Source: Macrostomum lignano
Taxonomy: Eukaryota
Length of the DNA stretch: 64,000 bases
Assembly: GCA_002269645.1 (NCBI GenBank)
Contig: NIVC01003221.1
Span: 1-64,000, forward strand
Direction: 5' to 3'
A model generated the notes under the pieces. That model was given only the letters and a program-made list of their open reading frames with translations. It was not told the origin of the DNA and searched no databases. Numbering within the stretch: position 1 is the stretch's first letter; each line of letters starts with the position of its first letter. The position numbers and the translations under genes were made by a program. Shown here one piece after another: positions 25,801 through 41,436 of the stretch.

Positions 25801-28800
25801 CTCACAAAGGAGAATTCAGCTACTCAGACTCTCAAAGCGACAGGTGACCCGTAGCAAGGCACAGGCGATCACACAGGGTGTACAGCTAAGATTTGAAATG
25901 TTAGACCTATCAATTTTTTTACAATTTTCAAACAATAAAAATTGAAATTTCTCGAAACCCGTGGCAACCGGCGACAGCTACGAATGGACTTTTCTGAGGT
26001 TCCGGATCGAGAGGAGGCAGCAGCATCCGCTTCCGCATCTGCTGCTGCTGGAGCTGCTGGAGCCTCATCAGCGGCCGCAGCTTCTGACGCGCTCAATGAT
26101 GAAGGCTGCAGCGGCTTGGCCCTCCAGCTGCCTCTGGGAGCAACCGCTGCCAGCGTGCACGGGTGCAGACCGCCGGATGAGGGTGAGGCTTCTTTCCGGG
26201 TTGGCAACAATGGCCGGGAGAGAGTCTTTAGAATCCCGGGAGAGAACATCTAGAAGACCTAGAAGAGAGCATCTAGAAGACCTAGAAGAGAGCATCTAGA
26301 AGACCTAGAAGAGAGCATCTAGAAGACCTAGAAGAGAGCATCTAGAAGACCTAGAAGAGAGCATCTAGAAGACCTAGAAGAGAGCATCTAGAAGACCTAG
26401 AAGAGAGCATCTAGAAGACCTAGAAGAGAGCATCTAGAAGACCTAGAAGAGAGCATCTAGAAGACCTAGAAGAGAGCATCTAGAAGACCTAGAAGATAGC
26501 ATCTAGAAGACCTAGAAGAGAGCATCTAGAAGACCTAGAAGAGAGCATCTAGAAGACCTAGAAGAGAGCATCTAGAAGACCTAGAAGAGAACATCTAAAT
26601 GACCTAGAAGAGAGCATCTAGATGAGTTAATAGAACCTCTGGGTGACCTGAGAGGGAGACTATTCAAATGACCCAGAAGAGAAGCTCAGGAAGGCTCGAC
26701 AGGGACTTGCCAAGAAGCTAATTAAGGGCCAATGAAACTTCCCAAAAGTTTATTTAGAGTTGACTACTAAACCCACTAGCTGACACTTTGGTTCCATCTC
26801 TTCCACAGTGATACAGTGCACGTCTTTGAGACGACTTTTGTATAATATACGAGTGTATGTAGTCCAAGATAATAATAGTTGATTTTATCTCCGAAGACAG
26901 TCGGTGTACTTGGCCCGTCCATCTTCGCATTTCCCTGTCTCTTGCCTCTCTGACTATCCGCAAGTCCACAAGTCTTACTTTGAGTCAATTCGGAATTTCA
27001 GCCGCCTCAGACTCCATCCAGTTGGTTGCGTCTCCAGTTCGCAGACCGACCAGCCTGAGTGTGCAACCGTTTGCTCCCTCGATTTCATCAACTGCTGCAG
27101 CTCAGCATTCGAGCGTAAGATGGAGCACAGTTCATCTTTTAAACACAGATTTGTTATTTTATTTGGTGAAAGCTCCTTATTTGCCTACTGTATAGTATGA
27201 CGAAAAGTACCAAAAGAGTACAGAGCCACAACAATGGGTCGTAGAAAGCCTCCAAAATTGGGACAGCCACCAAATTCTTTAAAGAACAAGAATAGGATCC
27301 CCAGCGCAAAACACAGTAGCAGAGGCTGAGTTGCACGAGTTCGTAGAGAGCCCCCTTATGTAGAGGAGTAAAGGTGCGGTAGAGAGCTCATCAAACATGC
27401 ATGTAGGAGTAGAGACTTTGGAGGGGGCTATGGGCTAGAATGGAGCCACGGAGGACAGGTTAGAGATGACAGCATCATATTGTGGTCTACGGAGCAGCTA
27501 CATGGAAGAGCCCTCGGTGATCAAGTGCGTTTGTAAGCCTAAACATTGTAGAAATATTTGTGTAGAGAGCCTTAAAACTATAAGTATATGGTAGGGAGCC
27601 TAAAAACTGTATAAACACAAGGTAGAGAGCCTAACAACAAAAAAATTATATAGTACAGAGCTTAAATACTGTAGAACTATAGGATGAAAGTCTAAACCCA
27701 TAGAGTTATAGGGCCGGCACGCTCGTAGAGAGCCTTAAAAACTCAAAACCTAGCTGAATTAAAGCGCAACTTCTTCAAAAGCAGACCCAGTTAACCAATC
27801 GTCGCAAGTCCCGCTCGCCCGACTCCGGGAAGAGGCGGCAACAGCAGCAAAGCAAGAAGAGCCACGTCAATCCTGTGGGAGTCTACGTCCCCCCGAAGAA
27901 GAAGGAGTTATTCCCGCAGCGTAGGAATCCGTTCGCAATGACAGACGACTCGCCGACAACTGCTGGCGACAACAGCGGCTTCAGAGATCGTCGCGAACGT
28001 TCGTCTAGCCGGCGAAGTCAGCAGCGTCATCATTCCCACCATCATCATCAGCAGCATCGAAAGTCGACAGCGGCTCAGCAGCAAAAGCCAGCGGAAGCGC
28101 CGCAGACGTCCAGTAAAGTGGAGCCTCAGGACGATCGAGCAGCCGTCGGCCGTCGGCTGCTCAAGGAGGCCCTGCTGGAGGAGGCCGCCGACGCGTTGAC
28201 CGCTCGACTTGGTCGGCCAGTCGATTTCCGACGGGCGCCGCGCGCCGACGCCGAGGATTTCACGACGCCCGGCTCGCCGACGCCGACAGTTGCCGCGGCG
28301 ACTTCGTTGATCACCGTCGAGGCGATGGTCGTTGGGGACGCCACGGTCATTGGGAACGGGCCGACTCTGGCTGAGTATGGGCGCGATTCGGCTGCGGCCC
28401 GGATGTGAGGCTGAGGGAGCTGGATGGGATGAATTTGGGATCGTATAAGATTAGGAATAAATGCAAATGGGATGAGATGGGATGGGGTCGGATTGTATAA
28501 GATGAAAATTTGAAGGGATGGGATGAAGATTGGATGAGAATGGGATGGGATGAGGATGGCATGAGGATGGGATGGGATGGGATGGGATGAGAATGGGATG
28601 ACGATAGAATGGGATGACGATAGAATGGGATGACGATAGAATGGGATGACGACAAATGGGATGGCGATGAGATAGGATGGGGATAGGATGGGATGGGGAT
28701 GAGATAGGATGGGGATAGGATGGGATGGCGATGAGATAGGATGGGGATAGGATAGGATGGATATGAGGATGGGGATAAGGATGGGATGAGGTTGAGGTGG

Positions 28801-29556
28801 GATGAGGTTGAGATGAGGATGGGATGAGATAAGGATTAGGATGGGATGGGATAAGGGTAGGATGGGATGGGGATGGATGCGGATGGGGATGGGGATGAGA
28901 TGGGGATGGGATGACGATGCGGATGCGGATGGGGATCGGGATGAGATGGAGATGGGATGGGATGGGATGGGATGAGGATGGAAGAGGATGAAGATAGAAT
29001 GGGAAGAGGATGGGATGAGGATAGGGTGGGAGGGGATAGGATGAGGATGGGAGAGGATGGGATGGGGATGAGGATGAGGATGTGATGGGATGGGATAGGA
29101 TACAGTGATGAGAATGGGAGGGGATGAGGATGGGATGGAATGGGATGAGGATGAGGATGGGATGGAGATGGCACCTAAACGGCATGGAATGTTGATCGAT
29201 TGTGTTGCATCATGATAGATAGCTACACAGAGTCGGTCTTGTCAGCCTGTACAGTCCCTGTTCCCGCCGCCCCCTCAGGCCGCAGACGCTGCTCGCCAGT
29301 CACCCAAACGGCTCCCTGCTGGCAAATTCAGCCGCCGCTGCCCAGCCCGAATCGGTCACGGCAAATAAGGTCCGAGAAAACAAATTATTCTAACAATATT
29401 CTTTAATTTCTACTGCTCACCGATAATAGTAGTATTAATAGAGCAGGATTACTGAAAATCGTGGCAATCTTTTTTATGACCTATTTTTTTCAGAACGCAA
29501 CGAATTCGTTTGCGAACTCTTCGGGAATTTCTAAGAAACCGCCTAATCCGGCTTGA
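13889..29556 (+). CDS. CAMK-group AMPK-related Ser/Thr kinase (HUNK-like) with UBA-like domain and long disordered tail
   Basis: Exons: 13889-13999 (LGKGSFARV), 15495-15623 ([20 protein letters not shown]), 16569-16745, 16836-16894 (HRDLKMEN), 17057-17186 ([19 protein letters not shown]), 17814-17959, 18361-18515, 24185-24314 (UBA-like [15 protein letters not shown]), 25574-25776, from 25978, to 27114, 27785-28404, 29231-29369, 29494-29556. All junctions are phase-compatible except the poorly resolved 26.2-26.9 kb one. Catalytic motifs are intact. Confidence 0.88.
14085..14932. repeat. 33/34-bp minisatellite (GGTCAACTGAAGAACCCGAGGGTTGAGTAGCTTT), kinase intron 1
   Basis: About 25 near-identical units without spacers; internal AACCC-GA-GGGTT inverted repeat. 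Confidence 0.95.
15971..16359. mobile_element. hAT-like MITE with internal (CTCTC)n microsatellite
   Basis: Ends CATGTGGGTCGTCAAACT and AGTTTGCCGACAGCTG; 8-bp flanks TCATAGAT/CCATAAAT match 6/8; 5' portion shared with 7042-7150. Confidence 0.65.
16399..16526 (-). mobile_element. 5'-truncated copy of the SINE at 6296-6595
   Basis: Reverse complement matches AAAATGGGTGCCAGCATT..CCCCAGTCCTTGGACTGAACAGCCGTACGCAGCC..GGGCAGG..TTATTATT. Confidence 0.8.
17320..17730. repeat. 28-bp CT-rich minisatellite (TCTACCTCCTCTACTCCATTTCTCCCTG), kinase intron 5
   Basis: Period visible. Confidence 0.9.
18120..18333. repeat. Degenerate ~20-bp repeat (ATGGGTCACAATGAGTCAA), kinase intron 6
   Basis: Recurrent GGTCACAATGAGTCAA motifs. 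Confidence 0.7.
18957..19651. repeat. (GTCA)n microsatellite interrupted by CCCACTC(A/C)CTCAA
   Basis: Directly visible. Confidence 0.97.
20410..20905. repeat. ~28-bp AC-rich minisatellite (AAACTACCACAGACACTAACACATAAACT)
   Basis: Period visible. Confidence 0.9.
21279..22155. repeat. 22-bp minisatellite (TGTCCACATCTAGAAACCTGGG)
   Basis: About 40 units, XbaI site in nearly every unit. Confidence 0.95.
22590..23580. repeat. 27-bp minisatellite (TGTGTTTTTCTAAATGGGGGATTCCTG)
   Basis: Period visible. Confidence 0.95.
24318..25525. repeat. 26-bp minisatellite (GGGAGTTTGGGATCATTTCAGAATCT) with 260-bp higher-order repeat
   Basis: Identical variant blocks at 24481, 24741 and 25001. Confidence 0.95.
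26247..26625. repeat. 23-bp nearly perfect minisatellite (CATCTAGAAGACCTAGAAGAGAG)
   Basis: About 16 units. Confidence 0.97.
28420..29170. repeat. GGAT/GATGG/GATGAG low-complexity tract filling a kinase intron
   Basis: Lies between donor 28405 and acceptor 29230. Confidence 0.9.
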
Positions 29557-30074
29557 GAATTGCCGAACAATGCCATGTCTGCAAAAATCAATAACTACTC
29601 GTCGACCTTTGAGCGGCATCAAAGCTTCAAGACTTTTGTGCAGCTTCTTCAGAGCTTATCTCTATGCTCAATTCTTGAATCTAATCGATGATTCCCCTAC
29701 AGGTGGCTCATCATTTCTTGATTAAAAGATATCAGTAACTCACTCCAGCTTATTGTGCTTATCTCTTTAACTTGTTTAATGCATTGGGGGAGGCTGGCTG
29801 CTTCCTCATCATAATTCACTGCGCTAAAAGTACTTCGGCAATTGCGTGTAAGAGTTCAAGCATCATACAAAAATTAAATAATAGTTTTTGTCTTGCTGAG
29901 AAATTGTGCTGGTCGCAAGCTGAGTCCAGCTCAATTCATTTCGTGTTTTTTTACAGACAGAGAAAATAACAATTCTATATGAGCCATTGTTTCACGGAAC
30001 TGAAATTCAGTACTTGCTTTTGGCTTTGTATTTTTGTGAAAATATAAAAAAATTTTGCTTCTGAAGGGAAGAGA

Positions 30075-30712
30075 AGGACTGAAGGATCTGAGGGGAGGGG
30101 CAGCAGCCACTGAAGGATCTGAGGGGAGGGAAAGCAGTCCCTGAAGGATCTGAGGGGAGGGGCAGCGGGCACTGAAGGATCTGAGGGGAGGGACAGCAGT
30201 CCCTGAAGGATCTGAGGGGAGGGGCAGCGGGCACTGAAGGATCTGAGGGGAGGGACAGCAGTCCCTGAAGGATCTGAGGGGAGGGGCAGCAGCCACTGAA
30301 GGATCTGAGGGGAGGGGCAGCAGCCACTGAAGGATCTGAGGGGAGGGGCAGCAGCCACTGAAGGATCTGAGGGGAGGGAAAGCAGTCCCTGAAGGATCTG
30401 AGGGGAGGGGCAGCGGGCACTGAAGGATCTGAGGGGAGGGACAGCAGTCCCTGAAGGATCTGAGGGGAGGGGCAGCGGGCACTGAAGGATCTGAGGGGAG
30501 GGACAGCAGGCACTGAAGGATCTGAGGGGAGGGGCAGCAGCCACTGAAGTATCTGAGGGGAGGGGCAGCAGGCACTGAAGGGTCTGAGGGGAGGGGCAGC
30601 AGGCACTGAAGGATCTGAGGGGAGGGGCAGCAGGCACTGAAGTATCTGAGGGGAGGGGCAGCAGGCACTGAAGGGTCTGAGGGGAGGGGCAGCAGGCACT
30701 GAAGGATCTGAA
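30075..30712. repeat. 31-bp G-rich minisatellite (ACTGAAGGATCTGAGGGGAGGGGCAGCAGCC)
   Basis: About 20 units. Confidence 0.95.
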
Positions 30713-31499
30713 AGGAGGTTAATTTCTCAGCCTCTGCCCTAGTAGCCTAACAGTGAGCTAGCATAGAAACGATTCACAATAGCGGGGCTGTCTGCATGCA
30801 GTCTGACTCAGATCAGACAACCCATGACTATAATACCGCTATCTATAACACCCTCGGATTTAAGGGTTTCAAACAGTTGAACTTATAGTCTTCTAATCAA
30901 GAAGAGGCGCTTCATACAAAGGAAAAAAACCCTGTCACGTAGGTAAAGGCTTTAATCCGTGCTCACACCATTGCATCATCACATAATGGTCAAGTCATAT
31001 TGAAATCGACTGAGTCAGTTAGTGAGGGATTACGCGTCAGGATATAGAAGGGATTAAAGAAGACTATATATTTTGAGGTAGGTAAAAAAATTTTAGGCCC
31101 TTGTCTAATTTTTAGTTAAACTTCTGTGTTGCATTCATAATTCTAATCGGAACTGAGACTAAAAATATGTTTGGCAACTTCTAACTCGTATCGTATCTTA
31201 GCGCCATGCGGCATGTTAACTATTGGTTGTATCTGCTTCCTTCTAGTTTTCGTGAGAATATATTGCGCTGCCTCAGGTTATCTTATCTGAAACTCTTGTG
31301 TGCGTACCATAGGGGACCTCTGGAATCCTGGCATGGGCTGGATGCATAACCTTTTGTGATTTCTAACTTTATTAATCTCACATACGCAGACAGAACAGAC
31401 AGTGAGAAGATAGGTGAGCAATGTTGCAGGAAATGCAATAATTGTAAAGCAGTTTGCTTGAATTCTAACAAACAGTGGAGTTAACTGAACTGTTAAACA

Positions 31500-33660
<2,161 letters not shown>

Positions 33661-34253
33661 CTATCGATCCAATTGTTTGTTTAAAAAAAGTTTATCAACC
33701 ACGACAAAAATGCGTTTTCATAAATTAATCTTTGTTTACGAGTATGGATGTACGTTCCTATGAAACTTAACCGCAATATGCAAACAGCTATGGAAGAAGT
33801 GTGCCTTGTATATTATTTCTATACTGAGCCCCCCCCTGCGGCGTGGTGATTGCCATCTCGGGGTAAACTCCATATACGTATTAGCAATGACGCAACGATT
33901 CACCATTGATAGTAAATGAAAATGTGATAAACTGTATATGGGACTAAACAGCTATACATAATCGGAGGTGAGAAACTTATCGGGTTCAAATCCTAGAACC
34001 TAACCGAAGCAAGATGGAAAGATGGAATATTCATACATATAGCTTATTATGTAACTGTCCCTACAGTTATGTCCAGTTGCCTCTCGGGCAAATTTAGCAG
34101 GTTTTGTTGTATTTGTGCTTGCCCAACTGCAATTGCAATGCCAGGGGGGGGGCAGGAGTGTTCGAAATTGCTTCTGACCCCATGCTGTCATTTATTTGGG
34201 ATATTATTTGCGCATCTTTTTCTCTAGATTGGCGCCTGTGTGGAGATGGAATA

Positions 34254-35168
34254 GCGCCGCGGGAATCAATTGAGGCGCCGCGGGAATCAATTGAGGCGCC
34301 GTGGGAATCAATTGAGGCGCCGCGGGAATCAATTGAGGCGCCGCGGGAATCAATTGAGGCGCCGTGGGAATCAATTGAGGCGCCGCGGGAATCAATTGAG
34401 GCGCCGCGGGAATCATTTGAGGTGCCGTGGGAATCATTTGAGGCGCCGCGGGAATCAATTGAGGCGCCGTGCGAATCAATTGAGGCGCCGTGGGAATCAA
34501 TTGAGGCGCCGTGCGAATCAATTGAGGCGCCGTGGGAATCAATTGAGGCACCGTGGGAATCAATTGAGGCGCCGCCGGAATCATTTGAGGCGCCGTGGGG
34601 ATCATTTGAGGCGCCGCCGGAATCATTTGAGGCGCCGTGGGGATCATTTGAGGCGCCGCCGGAATCATTTGAGGCGCCGTGGGGATCATTTGAGGCGCCG
34701 CCGGAATCATTTGAGGCGCCGTGGGAATCAATTGAGGCGCCGTGGGAATCAATTGAGGCGCCGCCGGAATCATTTGAGGCGCCGTGGGGATCAATTGAGG
34801 CGCCGTGGGAATCAATTGAGGCGCCGCCGGAATCATTTGAGGCGCCGTGGGGATCATTTGAGGCGCCGTGGGAATCAATTGAGGCGCCGCCGGAATCATT
34901 TGAGGCGCCGTGGGGATCATTTGAGGCGCCGCCGGAATCATTTGAGGCGCCGTGGGAATCAATTTAGGCGCCGTGGGAATCAATTTAGGCGCCGTGGGAA
35001 TCAATTTAGGCGCTATGGAGATCATTTGAGGCGCCGTGAGGATCAACTAAGGCGCTATGGAGATCATTTGAGGCGCCGTGGGGATCAACTAAGGCGCTGT
35101 GAGGATCATTTGAGGCGCCGTGGGAATCCATTGAGGCGCCGTGGGGATCAACTCAGGCACCGTGGAGA
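34254..35168. repeat. 21-bp GC-rich minisatellite (GAATCAATTGAGGCGCCGTGG)
   Basis: About 43 units. Confidence 0.95.
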
Positions 35169-35489
35169 AGGGTTTCTAATCAAACTACCATGGAAACAGG
35201 CTGAAGGTGAATAGAGCCCCAGGAGGTCAACCACTAGGCAGTTGCAAATCCTATAATCTACAGTGTTGCTATGTGGAAATCCGGTATGGCAAGTTAATCC
35301 AATTTTAGTAATAGAAAGCCATCATTATTAACGGAGGCGTTTTCTCACCACCAATTGTCTGTTGCTATGTGGATAATAAAAACATTAAAGCTTGGCACAT
35401 TCCAGGGGATTTCACGTGAGAAATGGGTGACTGCTTTACAGTTTGACTTCCATTCCTCAAATTTTCACTCACTTTCCCAAACACTGTTC

Positions 35490-38400
35490 CGAACTCCTTC
35501 TCCCATCTCTTTCCCATCTCTCTCCCATCTCTCTCCCATCTCTCAACCATCTCTCTCCCATCTCTCCCATCTCTATCCCATTTCTCTCTCATCTCTCTCC
35601 CATCTCTCTCCCATCTCTCTCCCATCTCTCCTATCTTTCCCATCTCTCTCCCATCTCTCTCCTATCTCTCTCCCATCTCTCCTATCTTTCCCATCTCTCT
35701 CCCATCTCTCTCCCATCTCTCTCCCATCTCTCCTTCCATTTGACTTCAATCTCTCTCCCATCTCTCTCCCATCTCACTCCCATCTCTCTCCCATCTCACT
35801 CCCATCTCTCTGCCATCTCTCTGACATCTCTCCCATCATCCCATCTCTCTCCCATCTCTCTCCCATCTCTCTCCTATCTCTCTCCCATCTCTCCTATCTT
35901 TCCCATCTCTCTCCCATCTCTCTCCCATCTCTCTCCCATCTCTCCTTCCATTTGACTTCAATCTCTCTCCCATCTCTCTCCCATCTCACTCCCATCTCTC
36001 TCCCATCTCTCTCCCATCTCTCTGCCATCTCTCTGACATCTCTCCCATCATCCCATCTCTCTCCCATCTCTCCTTCCATTTGACTTCAATCTCTCTCCCA
36101 TCTCTCTCCCATCTCACTCCCATCTCTCTCCCATCTCTCTCCTATCTCACTCCCATCTCTCTCCCATCTCTCTGACATCTCTCCCATCATCCCATCTCTC
36201 TCCCATCTCTCCTTCCATTTGACTTCAATCTCTCTCCCATCTCTCTCATATCTCACTTCCATCTCTCTGACATCTCTCCCATCATCCCATCTCTCTCCCA
36301 TCTCTCCTTCCATTTGACTTCAATCTCTCTCCCATCTCTCTCCCATCTCACTCCCATCTCTCTCCCATCTCTCTGACATCTCTCCCATCATCCCATCTCT
36401 CTCCTATTTCTCTCATCTCTCTCCCATCTCTCAACCATCTCTCTCCCATCTCTCCCATCTCTATCCCATTTCTCTCTCATCTCTCTCCAATCTCTCTCCC
36501 ATCTCTCTCCCATCTCTCCTATCTTTCCCATCTCTCTCCTATCTCTCAACCATCTCTCTCCCATCTCTCCCATCTCTATTTCATTTCTCTCTCATCTCTC
36601 TCCCATCTCTCTCCCATCTCTCTCCCATCTCTCTCCCATCTCTCTTCCATCTCTCTCCCATCTCTCTCCCATCTCTTTTCCATCTCTCTCCCATCTCTCT
36701 CCCATCTCTCTCCCATCTCTTTTCCCTCTCCAATCTCTTTTCCATCTCTCTCCTATCTCTCTCCTATCTCTCTCCCATCTCTCTCCTATCTCTCTCCCAT
36801 CTCTTTTCCCTCTCCAATCTCTTTCCCATCTCTCTTCCATCTCTCTCCCATCTCTCCCCCATCTCTCTTCCATCTCTCTCCCATCTCTCTCCCATCTCTC
36901 TCCCATCTCTCTCCCATCTCTCTCCCATCCCTCTCCAATCTCTCTTTCATCTCTCTCCCATTTCTGCCATCTCATCTACATGTTTAGATGTATTCTTTCA
37001 ACGCATTTTCAACTTCAACTTTGCAACTTAAAGCCTATATCTTATGCATGCAAGCTACCCTCAGAGATAAATAGCAATGAAAGAAGATTTCTTCAAGTCA
37101 CATTTTGCTGTAAACACACACACTGCCAGTGAGGCATTTATCAGCAGCTGTGCAGAATATTTTTTACAGTCGCATCATAATGCACATATTTATAAGCGAA
37201 AGTACCATTCTTAAGATGAGAATGGCAATTTAAAATTTATAACCCGTTTCGGTATGCATTTTTTATTATATTGTTGAGCCATAAATTCGAGATGACTTGT
37301 AAACTATATTTCTTAATATTTAATTGTGTGACTCAACTCTTTAGAATATGGAATAAAACTCAAGGTCTACTCATTATGCTGAGTTATGAATCATTTTTAA
37401 ATAATAAAACTAACTCAAACTCGAATATTGTAAGATTAATCCTCTCCTGGGTGGCAACTAAGTTTTCTTAATCTAGAGCTAAGTTGGATGGTCCGTCATT
37501 CGTACCTATAATATGCTGTCTTGTTTTGCTGCTCTTTCAGTCAGGTCCCATATGTAAGCCCTTGCTATTTTCCCTCAGCTCTATCTCCCATCTCCCATCT
37601 CCAATCTCGAATCTCGAATCTCCCATTCCCCATCTCCCGTCTTCCATCTCTCATCTCCCATCTCACATCCCCATCTCCCATCTCCTATCTCGAATCTCCC
37701 ATTCCCCATCTCCCGTCTTCCATCCCTCATCTCCCATCTCACATCCCCATCTCCAATCTCCTATCTCGAATCTCCCATTCCCCATCTCCCGTCTTCCATC
37801 TCTCATCTCCCATCTCACATCGCCATCTCCCATCTCCTATCTCGAATCTCCCATTCTCCATCTCCCGTCTTCCATCTCTCATCTCCCAACTCACATCCCC
37901 ATCTCCAATCTCCTATCTCGAATCTCTTATCTGCCATCTTCCATCTCACATCTCCCATCTCCCATCTCCCATCTCCCATCTCCCATCTCCCATCTCCCGT
38001 CTTCCATCTCTCATCTCCCATCTCACATCCCCATCTCCAATCTCCTATCTCGAATCTCTTATCTGCCATCTTCCATCTCACATCTCCCATCTCCCATCTC
38101 CCATCTCCCATCTCCCATCTTCCATCTTTCATCTTTCATTTTCCATCTTCCATCTCCCATCTCCCATCTCCCATCTTCCATCTTTCATCTTTCATTTTCC
38201 ATCTTCCATCTCCCATCTCCCATCTCCCATCTCCCATCTCCAATCTTCATCTCCGATCTCCTATCTCGAATCTCCCATCGCTCATCTTCCATCTCCCGTC
38301 TTCCATCTCTTAGCTCTCATCTCAAATCTCACATCTCCTATCTCGAATCTACCATTCCCCATCTCCCATTTCCCGAATCTCGTTTTCCATCTCTCATCTC

Positions 38401-38505
38401 CCATCTCCTATCTCCTATCTCGCATCCCCATTTCCCATCTCCAATCTCGAATCTACCATTCCCCATATCCAATCTTCCATCTCCCATCTCCCATCTCTAA
38501 TCTGC
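35490..38505. repeat. Two CT-rich tracts: CCCATCTCTCT-based (35490-36975) and CATCTCC-based (37580-38505)
   Basis: Directly visible. Confidence 0.92.
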
Positions 38506-40317
38506 ACTGTCTCATCCACCGGCCGGTTTTTTCACTGACCATCTGCTATTAGAATATTTTAGATTATAATGAATCATATTAGTAAAAATGTCCTATACAT
38601 GTAGCAATGGTGTTCGAGCTGAACTAAAATAGTCCGAGTTTGTTGCCATGTGCACTCAGGTAAAATTCTAATTTGGGTCAAATTTTACACTAGAAAGAAT
38701 TTGGCCTGGTTCAAGCAATCCATTATTTGAGTATTTAAACTTCACTGGTTCAATGAGACGAAAATGATTTCATTAATGAGATTGGCTTAAAACATAATAA
38801 GCTTTCTGATTCTTTTTTGCCTTGCATCAACACCTTCAGTGCAGGAGCATATCATATTTGCTAAGTCTCACGGATAATTCAAATTTGGTTGCACAATATT
38901 CATTGGAATTCAGCCCAAAATATGGTTTGGGTTTTAGCACCGACCCCACACTGGTGCACCATGCAGTTCCACCTCACTGGGGAGTGAGACCAACAATGAC
39001 AATGCAGTCCTTCCTCAATCTAAATCCTTTTTAATTCCCCGTGTTTCGTTCGAGGCCATTGTAAAGGCGTGTCGAGGTTAAGGTGCGAAAAGTCAGCCGA
39101 TCAAATGTTTACTTATTTCACTTGTATAGACAAACTGTGTAGTGTTATTCATTTTCAACACTGCCAGTCCTTGACTCGTTGACTTTTTTAGTTGAGCCAA
39201 GTAAATAATATTGAGGTCCGAAGTTTGCTTAACTTTCTAATCGCCTTTATAGTTTTAGCTGGCCCCAGTAATAATATTTTTACTAAGGCTTTGCAGATGT
39301 TTGACAAAGTCAATAATCATGTGCACCAAAATCGAACTGAACAGACTGCATACGTGTAGAAATATTCGCGTAACCATATTTTAGCCGCAACGAGTAAATA
39401 GACACAGCTGGGCACTTGAAAGATCAAGAAGAGAGCAAGAGTAAAGCGTCGAGCACCATTGGCATTATTATAGTAAAAATACATATTATATAGTCTACAG
39501 ACAACGTGAATATGTATTTATAGAGTAATCCTTATTGGCTTATAAAGATTATGTGACTTTGTCAGTTTTAGGTGCAGTAAACATTAGCTGTGCTACGAAG
39601 TCTCGTAGATAATACAGGTCTTGTTCATTCAAGTTTAAATTTAGAGCTCTCCTATTGGCTAGGCGGTCTTAGCCAATAAGAATCGTTCCATCCCTATCCT
39701 TTTGCCGGGACAGAGGGGTAGAGGCAAGCCAACCACCCCAAAACCGCCGCACGCAGCCAGTAGGAATAGAAAATTATAGGAGTGCGGTGAAGTACCGGGG
39801 ATTTAAAGCAAGAAAGAAAGCTAGTTAAGCAAGTAATCAAGAAATTGAGTTCCTCGAACAGGCAGACTACTATTATTTCATATGGCGCATCACAGTTCCG
39901 ATTGCAGTGTGGACAAAATTTCCGGTGAGTGTATTTAAGTCTAAAATCATAATACATTATTAGTGCAACTGTTTTATTATTTATTATGCCGATTGATTGA
40001 CTATGCTGAAGAAAGAAAGCCTTCTGTAGTATATAAAGGGGCCTGGACATAAGGTATCAGATTTCCTGCGCGTGTCAGCTCCTAGTCTGTCAGTTGTCGG
40101 GTCATAATATAGCTTAAGCTGCTTAACTAAATGCATAATTCTAAATGTCCTTGCACAGGGTGGTACCAACTGTGCAGAATTGCATGCCAGTGCTGCGACA
40201 CCAGAATTCATAGCGCATTTTTGTAGCTTCTTATATTTCTGGTAGTTTTTAAGTTTACTGCAGTGCTACTGGACTTTTATTGATTTTGCCGAAATGCAGT
40301 TCAGACTCAGAGGGTAG

Positions 40318-40525
40318 CGGCGGCCCAACCTAAAAAAAGGACCAGGTGGCGATGGTGTGGCGGCGGCCCAACTGAAAAGGACCAGATAAGGTACTCGTAG
40401 CGGCGGCCCAACTGAAAAGTACCAGATAAAGTAGTGGCAAGGCGGCCCAACTGAAAAGTACCAGATAAAGTAGTGGCAAGGCGGCCCAACTGAAAAGGAC
40501 CAGATGAGTCAGCGGAGGCCTAACC
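40318..40525. repeat. Short array of GGCGGCCCAACTGAAAAG(G/T)ACCAG units
   Basis: About 5-6 units of ~40 bp; 40401-40500 contains two near-identical copies. Confidence 0.8.
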
Positions 40526-40765
40526 AAGAAAGAAAATAGGAAATTTCAGATGATACTCATTAATTTGGCGCTAGCTGCTATCGTGTAATTTTAGATACTG
40601 CTAATGTTAGCTTCAGCTTAGTGATCGATTGATCAGTGTTCGATGCTTAAAAGTAAAATGACATACGCTTGAATATGCAATCTCATCTTCTTCCTATTTT
40701 ATATTTCAAGTCGATTTAATTGGCATTATTTATTACGCAAGTATCTTTATACCCCGAAAAAAACA

Positions 40766-40778
40766 CACGTGACGTCAC
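40766..40778. promoter_or_regulatory. Overlapping E-box (CACGTG) and CRE (TGACGTCA) upstream of the SALL gene
   Basis: CACGTGACGTCAC lies ~660 bp upstream of ATG 41437; motif match only. Confidence 0.3.
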
Positions 40779-41436
40779 ACATTCAGGCTGCTTGATTCAT
40801 AATTTGGTGTCCACTTTCCGAGTCATGCTTCATCGCGATCCTATCTAGAGTTTTTAAATCATTCGAAAGTGAAAGCTCTTCTTGTTTTTTTCTTGTAATT
40901 CTTCTTTCGCGCGACGAAATCTGAAATCTGATTCAGCGACAGAAGAATAGGAGGGCCTAGCCCTATATACATATATTCGATTGAATTTAGATTATAAGAT
41001 TGCGCAAGCCACACTATTCAGATATACAGACAGATATCCATCGCCAAATGATATAATTAGTTAGCCAATTATAATTACGCGCGACAATGTATATAAAGAA
41101 CATTTAGAAGTGGCAATGCATGGCTGACTAGGACTAGGGGGCGATAATTATCTTATTCCTCCATTTCATCCTTATCGCTTTACTCGGCGTAAAATTTCTC
41201 TATACTAGCTGGCTAAAAAATCTGGATTACCCTTCTCCAGCTATAAATTGACCAATTATCTTGTTTATAACAAAAGTACTCATCAGATAAACAATCGCTG
41301 AATATTTTATGTTTATTATTTAATTTTATTCTCGATTTTCTCTCAAAATTTCGCATTCCCAGAGCATCAACTAGCGCAGCAGATTCAGGAGGCAGCGGCG
41401 GCTGCAGCAGCTGATTCAGGATTTCCCAGTTCGCCA

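Noticed and set aside
28406-28408. TGA as the kinase stop codon
   Set aside because: It overlaps a donor (AT|GTGAGG) that joins in phase to exons 29231-29369 and 29494-29556, so the later stop is preferred, though not proven.
34104-35214. Arg-rich (RRRGNQL)n or (ESIEAPW)n protein
   Set aside because: The 21-bp array is open in several frames. The nearby acceptor at ~34227 gives a stop before the Arg frame, and no partner exons were found.
39694-40050. ORF with CPHC..C motif (LINE-like zinc knuckle)
   Set aside because: Short and isolated, with no splice or RT context.
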